DNA of 20,929 bases from an uncultured Eubacteriales bacterium (lineage in GTDB: Bacteria > Bacillota > Clostridia > TANB77 > RGIG9151), in NCBI GenBank assembly GCA_964640345.1, contig CAZXFU010000006.1:9645-30573 (forward strand). Direction: 5' to 3'. A program made the position numbers and the translations under genes. Each line of letters opens with the position of its first letter. Within the stretch, counting starts at the first letter, position 1. Below the pieces are notes generated by a model. It worked only from the letters and a program-made list of their open reading frames with translations. It ran no database searches and was not told the DNA's origin. Shown here in pieces: positions 1 through 9,827 of the stretch.

Positions 1-158
1 CTTTCTTCTTCGGCTTTTCTCTTTGTCTCTTCTTCTAGTCTAAGCCTTTCCTCTTCGGCTTTTCTCTTTGTCTCTTCTTCTAGTCTAATTCTTTCTTCTT
101 CAGCTTTTTTCTTTGCCTCTGCCTCTAATCTAAGCCTTTCCTCTTCGGCTTTTCTCTT
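1..158 (-). repeat. 45-bp in-frame tandem repeat (about 3.5 copies, probably continuing beyond the window) encoding KRKAEEERLRLEEET-type units
   Basis: Direct reading: units at 1-45, 46-90 and 91-135 plus a partial unit from 136 are near-identical (ctttc[t/c]tcttcggcttttctctttgtctcttcttctagtctaa..). Translated on the minus strand they give KRKAEEERLRLEAEA / KKKAEEERIRLEEET / KRKAEEERLRLEEET / KRKAEEE... Confidence 0.85.
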
Positions 159-1268
159 CATTTCAGCATCGTCGTCAATTGTCTCAACAACATCGCCGAA
201 TTTCCTTACTCCATCATTAGCTTTTGGCAATTCAACTTTATTTTCAATATTACTTACAAAATTTTCATCAAATTTCTTTACATCAACTTCTTCTACCTTT
301 GGGGTGGATTTAAAAGTATCATGGATATTACCACTAACATATTCAATATTATACTTTGACTCATTTTCTCCTCGCTTAGGCAATTCAACTTCTGCTACAG
401 GTTGAACATATTTCATTTTTTGCTTTTCTTCTACAATACGCTTAGGTTCTTCCACTACATCTAATTCCGGTTTATAAACAGGCGGTTCATTATAAACCGG
501 TGGTTCATTAGGTTTTTTCACTTCATCTTTTTGGATATATACAGGCACTTCTACAATTTTTACCGTCTCGCCCTTCTTTGATTTTGGTGGTTTATATGCC
601 ATAAGCATAACATACTTTTGAGAATGCCGCTCTAAAATTTCACGTGCCTTAATCGGAATTACAGGTACAATCTGTTCCTTGATTTTATCAAACGTATATT
701 GTTCATATAATCCCTCAAAACCAGTAACAATCTTCTCTTTATTAAATATATTATTCTCAAAATATTTAATAATATGTCTTAACTCAAGTTCATCAACCTT
801 ATCATTTGCTTCATATGGATTTTCCTCCAAGTCAGCATCCACAAACATTTTTGCTTCTTTTTTAGTTCTAGGCTTATTGATTAATCCAGAAAGATTACCA
901 ATAGTTCTGTCTGGACCGGTCAAAATATTATAAATACCTAGGTTAAATAAAGTCTTTACAAACTTATCATTTTGTTGACGTCTCTCAGAACATACAATAA
1001 TTATATCTGCCTTTCCAGCCTCATCACTTGCTTTATCCAAACTATTAAACAAATACTTATCTATCGCATCTTGATTCTTTGAACCAAACGGCTCTAACTC
1101 TTCATGAATGACGACTCTATCAAAGTTCTTATTTTTTCTTAGTGTTTCATTCAAAGCCCTAAAGAAATAAACCTTAGTAATCTCTAATTTCTCGCCATAG
1201 GTCTTTTTATAATATTCCGCCAACTGATCAACTTGCTTTTCATTATTAAATGCAAATAGAACTTTCAT
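1..1268 (-). CDS. Hypothetical protein, N-terminus complete, C-terminus cut by window edge (>=422 aa): receiver-like N-terminal domain lacking the acidic pocket, Pro-rich linker, charged 15-aa tandem repeats
   Basis: Manual reverse-complement translation from ATG 1268..1266 (MKVLFAFNNEKQVDQLAEYYKKTYGEKLEITKVYFFRAL...) stays open to base 1 with no stop. An AAGGATGGTGA SD-like motif lies at 1284..1274, 5 nt upstream. The gene is absent from the ORF track, apparently because no stop lies inside the window. The + ORF 679..933 is its antisense shadow. Confidence 0.75.
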   Translation of the reverse strand, partial: MKVLFAFNNEKQVDQLAEYYKKTYGEKLEITKVYFFRALNETLRKNKNFDRVVIHEELEPFGSKNQDAIDKYLFNSLDKASDEAGKADIIIVCSERRQQNDKFVKTLFNLGIYNILTGPDRTIGNLSGLINKPRTKKEAKMFVDADLEENPYEANDKVDELELRHIIKYFENNIFNKEKIVTGFEGLYEQYTFDKIKEQIVPVIPIKAREILERHSQKYVMLMAYKPPKSKKGETVKIVEVPVYIQKDEVKKPNEPPVYNEPPVYKPELDVVEEPKRIVEEKQKMKYVQPVAEVELPKRGENESKYNIEYVSGNIHDTFKSTPKVEEVDVKKFDENFVSNIENKVELPKANDGVRKFGDVVETIDDDAEMKRKAEEERLRLEAEAKKKAEEERIRLEEETKRKAEEERLRLEEETKRKAEEE

Positions 1269-1310
1269 TTTTATCACCATCCTTATTTCAAAAGTAACAT
1301 TATCTTGTTA

Positions 1311-1748
1311 TTATCTAATAAAAGCAAACCAAAATACAAAATTCATTATCTTGGCAATAACGCAAAATGTAAATGCTCCCCACATAAGTAACAAACCTTG
1401 ACGCTTTTTATATAAGTTTCTTATTCCTAAAATAAAATATACAACAGCTCCCCATAATATCAAAATTGCACAAACAGGAAGACTTTTATCACTTATCTGC
1501 TCAACTATTTTATAAGCCATACTCTCGCCTTTATTAGCTACTTCCTCAATCTTTTGTTCAGCTTTTTCTGTATCTATTGTCACCGTATTAACCGCAAAAG
1601 GAACCCCACTCTTTTTATCAGTTGATTCTTCAGCAACTTCAACATTTGTTCCATCTTGGTCGGATTCAATCGGTTCAGCAAAAGTAAAATTAAAAGCTAC
1701 CATATTTACTAACAAAAACATCAATATAAATTTACCAAATCTTTTCAA
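1311..1748 (-). CDS. Small secreted/membrane protein of unknown function (signal peptide, acidic segment, two C-terminal TM helices)
   Basis: The track ORF 1311..1829 overlaps the end of atpC. An AGGAGG motif sits 9 nt upstream of an in-frame TTG at 1748..1746 (LKRFGKFILMFLLVNMVAFNFTFA|EP looks like a signal peptide). The C-terminus carries two hydrophobic stretches (LPVCAILILWGAVVYFILGI, LLLMWGAFTFCVIAKIMNFVFWFAFI) separated by RNLYKKRQG. The start choice is inferred. Confidence 0.6.
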   Translation of the reverse strand: MKRFGKFILMFLLVNMVAFNFTFAEPIESDQDGTNVEVAEESTDKKSGVPFAVNTVTIDTEKAEQKIEEVANKGESMAYKIVEQISDKSLPVCAILILWGAVVYFILGIRNLYKKRQGLLLMWGAFTFCVIAKIMNFVFWFAFIR

Positions 1749-1779
1749 AATCGATCCCCTCCTGTAATTCTTACTATAA

Positions 1780-1808
1780 ATTATACTACAAAAAACATCA
1801 TTCGACAA
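1780..1808 (-). promoter_or_regulatory. Candidate sigma-A-type promoter downstream of atpC (TTGTCG-N17-TATAAT)
   Basis: On the minus strand, TTGTCG (1808..1803), a 17-nt spacer and a perfect TATAAT (1785..1780) lie in the 67-nt gap between the atpC stop and the proposed TTG start at 1748. Confidence 0.4.
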
Positions 1809-1815
1809 GAATTTA

Positions 1816-2220
1816 CTAGTGATTTGCAATTTTTATTCTATTCTTTGCACGTTGAATAGAAGCTTTTAATAAAACTTCCATTTTTTTATTGTTTTTATAT
1901 TCTTTTAATTTTTCTTCTGCATTCTTCATAGCACGATTAGCACGCTCAATATCAATGTCTTCAGGCCACTCAGCAGAATCAACAATTGCTGTAACTCCGC
2001 TGTCTGTAATTTCAACGAAACCATCCGCAACAGCAGCAATCAATACCTCATTTCCCTTTGTAATCTTCAACTCTCCAATGTCCATCGCAACAACCATCGG
2101 CATATGGCCCGCCAATACACCCATTTCCCCATCAGAACGGTTAAAAACTACCATATCAACATCATCCGAATAAAACACTTTTTCCGGAGTAACAACTTCA
2201 AACTTAAAAGTTTTAGCCAT
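1816..2220 (-). CDS. atpC: F1 ATP synthase epsilon subunit
   Basis: 134 aa, last gene of the atp operon directly after the beta subunit. The N-terminal beta-sandwich-like sequence (FEVVTPEKVFYSDDVDMVV...GEMGVLAGHMPMV) and the C-terminal helical hairpin are typical of epsilon. Confidence 0.93.
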   Translation of the reverse strand: MAKTFKFEVVTPEKVFYSDDVDMVVFNRSDGEMGVLAGHMPMVVAMDIGELKITKGNEVLIAAVADGFVEITDSGVTAIVDSAEWPEDIDIERANRAMKNAEEKLKEYKNNKKMEVLLKASIQRAKNRIKIANH

Positions 2221-2248
2221 CTAAAAACCTCCCAACGGCTTTATAATC

Positions 2249-4521
<2,273 letters not shown>

Positions 4522-4679
4522 AACTTTTCACTCCTCTTTCGTCAGTGCTGCTCCACAATTTTCTTCATTCTTTTTTCTTAGAGCAAGTAGATATCTTCTT
4601 ACTCCTATGACAATAGCAGATATAGATGCAACACGCAAAATAACATATATCCATTCTTTAATTGATGCAATATCTCATA

Positions 4680-6194
4680 TTATACCTTAAACCAAGCCTT
4701 AAAGTCGTCGATAGCCTTAAGTAACCTTTCCTCAGTATCGTTTCTTAACTCTTTGGTTTCTTTAATCGCAGTTAAAATTTCAGGACACTTTGTTTCAACA
4801 TATTTTACCAATCCGTCATTAAATGCAGCAACATCTTTTAATTCAATATCCGATAGATGTCCATTTACAACGGCGTACAAAATTACAACTTGCTTTTCGA
4901 CTGCAAGAGTTTTATATTGAGGCTGTTTTAATGTTTCTAAAGTCCTTTGACCTTGCTTTAACTTATCTAAAGTAATCTTGTCCAAATCCGAACCAAACTG
5001 TGCAAATGCCGCAAGCTCTCTATACTGTGCCAAGTCGATTCTTATTCTCCCGGCAATTTTCTTCATAGCCTTAATCTGAGCAGAACCGCCAACACGCGAT
5101 ACCGAAAGTCCGGCATTAACCGCAGGTCTTTGACCGGCAAAAAATAACTCGCTCTCTAAAAATATCTGACCATCAGTAATTGAAATAACATTAGTCGGAA
5201 TATAAGCCGAAATGTCTCCTGCTAAAGTCTCTATAATAGGCAAAGCAGTTATAGAACCTCCACCATGTGCTTTGTCTAACTTTGCAGCACGCTCAAGCAG
5301 TCTTGAATGTAGGTAAAAAACATCCCCCGGATAAGCTTCACGTCCAGGTGGTCTTTTTAGAAGCAAAGACATCGCACGATAAGCTTGTGCATGTTTAGAT
5401 AAATCATCATAAACAATTAAAACATCTCTATGTTTTTCATACATAAAATATTCAGCAATCGCACAACCTGCATATGGGGCAATATATTGTGCCGGTGCAA
5501 GATCACTTGCAGTTGCGGATACGACTATTGTATAATCCATCGCTCCACTACGTTTTAACGTATCAACGACACCTGCAACAGAAGAACCTTTCTGACCAAT
5601 TGCAACATAAATACAAATTACATCTTCGCCCTTTTGATTTATAATAGTGTCAATAGCAATAGCAGTCTTACCGGTTTGTCTGTCCCCAATTATAAGTTCT
5701 CTCTGCCCACGTCCAATAGGCACCATTGAGTCAATTGCCAGAATACCGGTTTGAAGTGGTTGGTTAACCGATTCACGAGTAGTAACACCCGGTGCTAAAA
5801 ACTCGATATCACGATATCCTTCAACTTTAAAATCTCCCAAACCATCAATCGGACGCCCTACTGCGTCAACAACTCTTCCAATAATTTCATCGCCTACAGG
5901 CACACTAACAGAACGTCCTGTTCTTTTAGCTTCTGTTCCCTCTTTAACAACTTTCTCCCCGCCTAAAAGTACACAACCGACATTATCTTCTTCAAGGTTC
6001 ATAGCCATTCCAAGAACATTATTACCAAAATCAATAAGCTCTCCGCACATACAATCGTCTAATCCATAAACCTTTGCAATGCCATCGCCGGCTTGAATAA
6101 CATATCCGACTTCATTCGTGGTAACTTTAGATTCATAATTTTCTATCTGTTGCTTCAGGATTTCACTGACTTCTTCAGGTTTTATCGTCACCAA
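4680..6194 (-). CDS. atpA: F1 ATP synthase alpha subunit
   Basis: 504 aa with Walker [20 protein letters not shown], and its operon position between delta and gamma. Confidence 0.97.
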   Translation of the reverse strand: MVTIKPEEVSEILKQQIENYESKVTTNEVGYVIQAGDGIAKVYGLDDCMCGELIDFGNNVLGMAMNLEEDNVGCVLLGGEKVVKEGTEAKRTGRSVSVPVGDEIIGRVVDAVGRPIDGLGDFKVEGYRDIEFLAPGVTTRESVNQPLQTGILAIDSMVPIGRGQRELIIGDRQTGKTAIAIDTIINQKGEDVICIYVAIGQKGSSVAGVVDTLKRSGAMDYTIVVSATASDLAPAQYIAPYAGCAIAEYFMYEKHRDVLIVYDDLSKHAQAYRAMSLLLKRPPGREAYPGDVFYLHSRLLERAAKLDKAHGGGSITALPIIETLAGDISAYIPTNVISITDGQIFLESELFFAGQRPAVNAGLSVSRVGGSAQIKAMKKIAGRIRIDLAQYRELAAFAQFGSDLDKITLDKLKQGQRTLETLKQPQYKTLAVEKQVVILYAVVNGHLSDIELKDVAAFNDGLVKYVETKCPEILTAIKETKELRNDTEERLLKAIDDFKAWFKV

Positions 6195-6207
6195 AATCTC
6201 CTCCTAA

Positions 6208-6723
6208 CTAAAACATTTTATCGAGTTTTGTCTTCAAACTCCCATCATACACTTTATTTCCAACAACTACCTTAACCCCTCCGAGTAAACTCTCATCAAC
6301 GGATAAATCATACTTAACTGTAGTTGCGTTATAAACCTTTTTATATTTATCGGATATACCGTTAATTTCATCGTCATCAAGCTTAGTTGCACTAATTATC
6401 CTTATAAATAACTCATTATTCATAATCTGTGTCAACTTGCTATACTCTTTAGCAATTCTAGGCAAATAAGCAATCCTATTCTTTTCGAGTAATAAACCAA
6501 TAAAACTAATAAACATAGGATTGGTCTGCAAAAAAATCTCTTTTACGACTCCAACCTTATTATTTTCACTAATGCGTGGGTCTAGCAAAGCCTTTTTAAA
6601 CTGGGCATTATTATCAAATAAATCCGCAACACTTTCTAAGTCCGAACACGCTCTTATTTTATCTTCTTTCGTTTTCAAGGCATCCATAAGTGCCTTCGCG
6701 TAACGTCTTTCAATCGCAGACAT
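6208..6723 (-). CDS. atpH: F1 ATP synthase delta (OSCP) subunit
   Basis: 171 aa, positioned between b and alpha. It has an OSCP-like N-terminus (RYAKALMD) and a C-terminal LLGGVKVVVGNKVYDGSLKTKLDKM motif. Confidence 0.9.
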   Translation of the reverse strand: MSAIERRYAKALMDALKTKEDKIRACSDLESVADLFDNNAQFKKALLDPRISENNKVGVVKEIFLQTNPMFISFIGLLLEKNRIAYLPRIAKEYSKLTQIMNNELFIRIISATKLDDDEINGISDKYKKVYNATTVKYDLSVDESLLGGVKVVVGNKVYDGSLKTKLDKMF

Positions 6724-6736
6724 ACATTATCACCCC

Positions 6737-7234
6737 TTATGCTACTCCGGAATCTTCAAGAAAATCAGAAATAATCTTTTTATTTGTTTCTGTATCCATA
6801 TTTTTCTTAATAATCTTCTCACTGGCAGAAATAACTAGACCGCTTACTTCTTTCTTCAAAGAAGAAAGAGCCTTATCCTTCTCAATTTCAATTTCTTGTC
6901 TTGCACTGTCAATAATAGTTTGAGCATCTCTTTTAGCGGTAGATAAAGTGGAATTGTACTCTTCTATCGCCAAAGCACGTTGCTCTTCAATAATCTTCTT
7001 ACCTTCTTCGCCGGCACTCTTTAACTTATCAGCATATGCTTGCTTCATATCTTCTACTTCTTTTTTTAGCATATTAGCTGAGTTAATTGCCTCTTCAATT
7101 TTATTATTTCGGTTATCAATAAATTTTGTAACCGGCTTAAACAAAAGTTTTTTTAGAATCAAAAACAAAATAAGCAAATTTATTATTGTAATAATAAAAT
7201 TTGACCAAAACGCCTCATCAAAAGTAAACATCAT
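6737..7234 (-). CDS. atpF: Fo ATP synthase b subunit
   Basis: 165 aa with a single N-terminal TM (FIITIINLLILFLILKKLLFKPV) followed by a long charged helix, in the expected operon position. The second ATG (7231) may be the true start, given GGAGG spacing. Confidence 0.9.
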   Translation of the reverse strand: MMFTFDEAFWSNFIITIINLLILFLILKKLLFKPVTKFIDNRNNKIEEAINSANMLKKEVEDMKQAYADKLKSAGEEGKKIIEEQRALAIEEYNSTLSTAKRDAQTIIDSARQEIEIEKDKALSSLKKEVSGLVISASEKIIKKNMDTETNKKIISDFLEDSGVA

Positions 7235-7293
7235 TTACCTCCAAAAATTTCTTTTTAGGGCAAGAAAAAATTATCTTGCCCATATCATCAAAA

Positions 7294-7506
7294 CTACTTA
7301 ACCATAAGTGCAATAACCAAACCGTAAATAGCTGTAGCTTCAGCCAAAGCTGCACCTAACAATAAAACTGTTTGAATTTTACCGCTTGCTTCAGGTTGTC
7401 TTGAAACAGCTTCAACAGCCTTACCTGTAGCAATGCCAATACCAATTCCGGCACCAACGCCTGTGAAAACTGCTATAGCAGCTGCAATAGCTCCTGTTGT
7501 TACCAT
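7294..7506 (-). CDS. atpE: Fo ATP synthase c subunit (proteolipid)
   Basis: Helical hairpin with a Gly-rich helix 1 ([13 protein letters not shown]), an RQPE loop and the carboxylate helix [18 protein letters not shown]. The track start is a TTG at 7527. ATG at 7506 with GGCGGTGA upstream is preferred. Confidence 0.9.
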   Translation of the reverse strand: MVTTGAIAAAIAVFTGVGAGIGIGIATGKAVEAVSRQPEASGKIQTVLLLGAALAEATAIYGLVIALMVK

Positions 7507-7530
7507 TTTTTTCACCGCCTTTCCCAAAAA

Positions 7531-8217
7531 TTATTCCTCTTCGCCAATCGCCTCTGAAACATAAAGCGTAGTTAAAAGGACAAATACAAATGCCTGGAGT
7601 CCACCGTCAAACAAGTCAAAATACAAACTTGCAATCGAAGGAGCAACAGGAATATGAATTAGCATCTCCATTAAAATATATGCACCCAAAATGTTACCAA
7701 AAAGTCGCATACACAAAGACAAAGGCTTTATTATGTATTCAAGCAAATTAAACGGAAACATTATTGGAATAGGCTCAAACAAAGATTTAACCCACCCTTT
7801 AAATCCTCTGTACCTTATGCTTGAAGCAATAACCAAAACAATAGTCATAATTGCAAGAGCAACTGGAATCGCAAACGTTCTCGTAGGCGGTTTTGTAAAA
7901 AACAACGCTCCCAAAGTATTAGAGAACACCAAATAAAGACCTAATGTTCCGATATACGGGGCATAAGTCCTATAATGATGTTCTCCCATTAAATTCTTAA
8001 CAAAGTTATTAACAGTTTCTACAACAATTTCCGCCGAATTTTGTAAACCCGTCGGAACAGCTTTCATTTTTCTGGTAGCCAAATACGCCCATAATATAAG
8101 TAAAGCCATAATAACCCAAGATGTAACTATTACTTCAGTAATCACAATATTAAAAGAAATATTTGTAAAAGGTATACTAACCGGGATTTTCGCAAGAACT
8201 GCAATTTCTTCCTCCAT
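7531..8217 (-). CDS. atpB: Fo ATP synthase a subunit
   Basis: 228 aa polytopic membrane protein and first gene of the operon. It has the conserved-Arg helix region (LSLCMRLFGNILGAYILME). GTGAGGAG SD lies upstream of ATG 8217. Confidence 0.93.
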   Translation of the reverse strand: MEEEIAVLAKIPVSIPFTNISFNIVITEVIVTSWVIMALLILWAYLATRKMKAVPTGLQNSAEIVVETVNNFVKNLMGEHHYRTYAPYIGTLGLYLVFSNTLGALFFTKPPTRTFAIPVALAIMTIVLVIASSIRYRGFKGWVKSLFEPIPIMFPFNLLEYIIKPLSLCMRLFGNILGAYILMEMLIHIPVAPSIASLYFDLFDGGLQAFVFVLLTTLYVSEAIGEEE

Positions 8218-8331
8218 AATAAACTCCTCACTTTTTCTTAAGTAAATTTAAAATATTCACTTTACTCTCGTCATCACGATTAATTATCGTCAATTTTCAA
8301 AAAAAACTTATATTTTATGAAAAAAATCTTT

Positions 8332-8811
8332 TTAATCCAATAACTTTTTCAAAACATCGAAAGGTGAATTCTTATCATCACTTATATTGCAATCGCAAAG
8401 GTCCTCATTTAAATCTTTTTTACATATTGGGCAAACTCCCTTACAGTCTTCCTTGCACAATATTTTTACCGGCAAGTTTATGCGAACATTTTCAAGTATC
8501 ATATTATCAAAATCTACTTCATTACCAACAAGTTCATATTCCTCATCCGCCGGTTCACGCCTATACGTCTCAAAAATATCAAATTCAACCTTCCCTTTTG
8601 CATCTTTACCACACAAATGACAAGCCGTAACAAAATCGGCAAAAACCTTTCCGGATATCTCAACAAAATCCTCGTCCTTTCTTAGCGTCCCCTTAAACTT
8701 TACACCATCATCAAACTTTATCTCGTCTCCGTTATTGCTAAGCACATTGCAATCAACCTTGCCTTCGTAGTCCATTAGATCTTCAGATATATTTTTTATC
8801 AAAATTTTCAT
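8332..8811 (-). CDS. DUF177 / YceD-family protein (large-ribosomal-subunit accumulation protein family)
   Basis: The C-terminal Cys cluster CKEDCKGVCPICKKDLNEDLCDC and the overall ~160-aa acidic layout are typical of DUF177. A GGAGG SD (8823..8819) favours the ATG at 8811 (MKILIKN...) over the track start at 8829. Confidence 0.85.
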   Translation of the reverse strand: MKILIKNISEDLMDYEGKVDCNVLSNNGDEIKFDDGVKFKGTLRKDEDFVEISGKVFADFVTACHLCGKDAKGKVEFDIFETYRREPADEEYELVGNEVDFDNMILENVRINLPVKILCKEDCKGVCPICKKDLNEDLCDCNISDDKNSPFDVLKKLLD

Positions 8812-8879
8812 AATAATTCCTCCTCTCAATATTTTTCATTTCGAAAAAAGTTTAACATTTTTTTTTAATATAAACAAGC

Positions 8880-8923
8880 AAAAAATAAAGCATAGCTTTT
8901 TTATTCCAAAAGCTATGCTTTAT
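8880..8923 (-). terminator. Rho-independent terminator downstream of the SASP gene
   Basis: Perfect 16-bp stem (8885-8900 ataaagcatagctttt / 8908-8923 aaaagctatgctttat) with a 7-nt loop. It is followed on the minus strand by TTTTTT (plus-strand A-run 8880-8885). Confidence 0.75.
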
Positions 8924-9010
8924 CTAATCTTACTATCTCCCGAAACATATCGAGATCACTCGTCACGTCCACTAGTATCTAATACAGAAATCATTCTCCA
9001 ATATTAGTAC

Positions 9011-9205
9011 TTATCTGGATAAACTTTGTTCAGCCATTCCAATTAACTTCTTAACCATAGTTCCACCGACCATACCAGCGTCTCTAGCTTTGATATCACC
9101 GTTGTAACCATTCTTTAAGTTAACACCAACTTCACTAGCTGTTTCAAATTTAAGCTTGTTTAATGCTTCCTTTGCACCAGGAATCAATGTTGAATTGTTG
9201 CTCAT
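9011..9205 (-). CDS. Alpha/beta-type small acid-soluble spore protein (SASP)
   Basis: 64 aa carrying both conserved SASP blocks: KFETASEVGV and the C-terminal GMVGGTMVKKLIGMAEQ. AGGAGGGTG SD lies upstream. Confidence 0.92.
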   Translation of the reverse strand: MSNNSTLIPGAKEALNKLKFETASEVGVNLKNGYNGDIKARDAGMVGGTMVKKLIGMAEQSLSR

Positions 9206-9321
9206 TTGAACACCCTCCTATATTTCTTTTTCTCTCTTCAATCAACTATAGTTGATAATTTTATTATCTACTTTTGAGTTCAAAATATGTGAGGTACATA
9301 AATGAAACATTGGCTTTTTTT

Positions 9322-9366
9322 TCAAAAAATAGGCTGTAAAAAACTCTATTTTTTACAGCCTATTTT
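9322..9366 (-). terminator. Rho-independent terminator downstream of the Cys-rich ORF
   Basis: Inverted repeat aggctgtaaaaaa (9331-9343) / ttttttacagcct (9349-9361) with a 5-nt loop. On the minus strand it is followed by a T-rich run (ATTTTTTGAAAAAAAA). Confidence 0.7.
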
Positions 9367-9651
9367 TTAATCGCAATCGAAAGGACTTATAATCGCGTCT
9401 AAAACTGTTTCTCTCGAAGCAGTAACAGAACATATGCAATCAATATCAATAAATTTCAAATTTCCTTCATCCTTAGCAACTAATAAATCCCCGGAAATAC
9501 ACTCTATTTTTACTCTCTCTTTATTACCGTTTCTATAAGTTAAAATAACACACTCACACACTAATTTTCTTAACAACTCTTCTATATTATCAGGGAAAAA
9601 TCTTGAGCAGCTGCCCACATTCTCGTTTCTGTTTTCTTCTCCACAACCCAT
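9367..9651 (-). CDS. Cysteine-rich small hypothetical protein (94 aa, 8 Cys)
   Basis: The track ORF starts at GTG 9660. The in-frame ATG at 9651 (MGCGEENRNENVGSCSRFF...) has AGGAG 8 nt upstream. The gene has its own terminator. No family was recognised with certainty. Confidence 0.6.
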   Translation of the reverse strand: MGCGEENRNENVGSCSRFFPDNIEELLRKLVCECVILTYRNGNKERVKIECISGDLLVAKDEGNLKFIDIDCICSVTASRETVLDAIISPFDCD

Positions 9652-9827
9652 GTTATTCACTCCTATTTATAATTTGTGAATTGCTTCACACTTTATAATA
9701 TGTAGAGTAAACTTAAAACGTTAACGTCATAAAGTAAAATCAGAAATCACGATATATATAATCCTTATGCATCAGAAGCTAAAACAACAAAGTTACTAAA
9801 AAACCTCCAACCCGATTTTTTCTTTGG

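Noticed and set aside
1-158. Tandem repeats at the left edge as a possible CRISPR array or non-coding satellite
   Set aside because: The units are contiguous (no spacers), 45 bp long (a multiple of 3) and in frame within a long ORF, so this is a coding repeat.
679-933. Plus-strand ORFs from the track (e.g. 679..933, 1889..2173, 4457..4690, 6948..7301, 7691..7936, 8364..8630, 14430..14821, 19040..19316, 19748..20125)
   Set aside because: Each lies fully antisense to a strongly supported minus-strand gene. All have low-complexity Ser/Phe/Ile/Leu-rich translations typical of shadow frames in AT-rich DNA, and none has an SD motif.
1749-1829. N-terminal extension of the small membrane protein ORF overlapping the end of atpC
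   Set aside because: The extension (MQITSKFLSNDVFCSIIYSKNYRRGSI) has no SD, overlaps atpC by 14 nt and contains the promoter-like element. A strong AGGAGG precedes the internal TTG at 1748.
7294-7527. Possible Na+-translocating c-subunit
   Set aside because: I aligned it by eye to the Ilyobacter/Propionigenium Na+ signature (Gln in helix 1, Glu-Ser/Thr...Tyr in helix 2). The helix-1 position is Ile ([13 protein letters not shown]) and helix 2 reads AEAT..Y, lacking the Ser next to the carboxylate. This is consistent with an ordinary H+-coupled enzyme.
8926-9010. 85-nt stretch between the SASP stop and its terminator, including a 12-codon ORF (MISVLDTSGRDE)
   Set aside because: The ORF is too short, its GGAGA lies only 1 nt from the ATG, and no convincing secondary structure is present. 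I treat it as a 3' UTR.
9206-9320. Sigma-G/sigma-F promoter for the SASP gene
   Set aside because: I could not find a GHATR-N17/18-CATnnTA arrangement with correct spacing by eye. CATATTT at about 9270-9276 lacks a matching -35, so no promoter feature is claimed.
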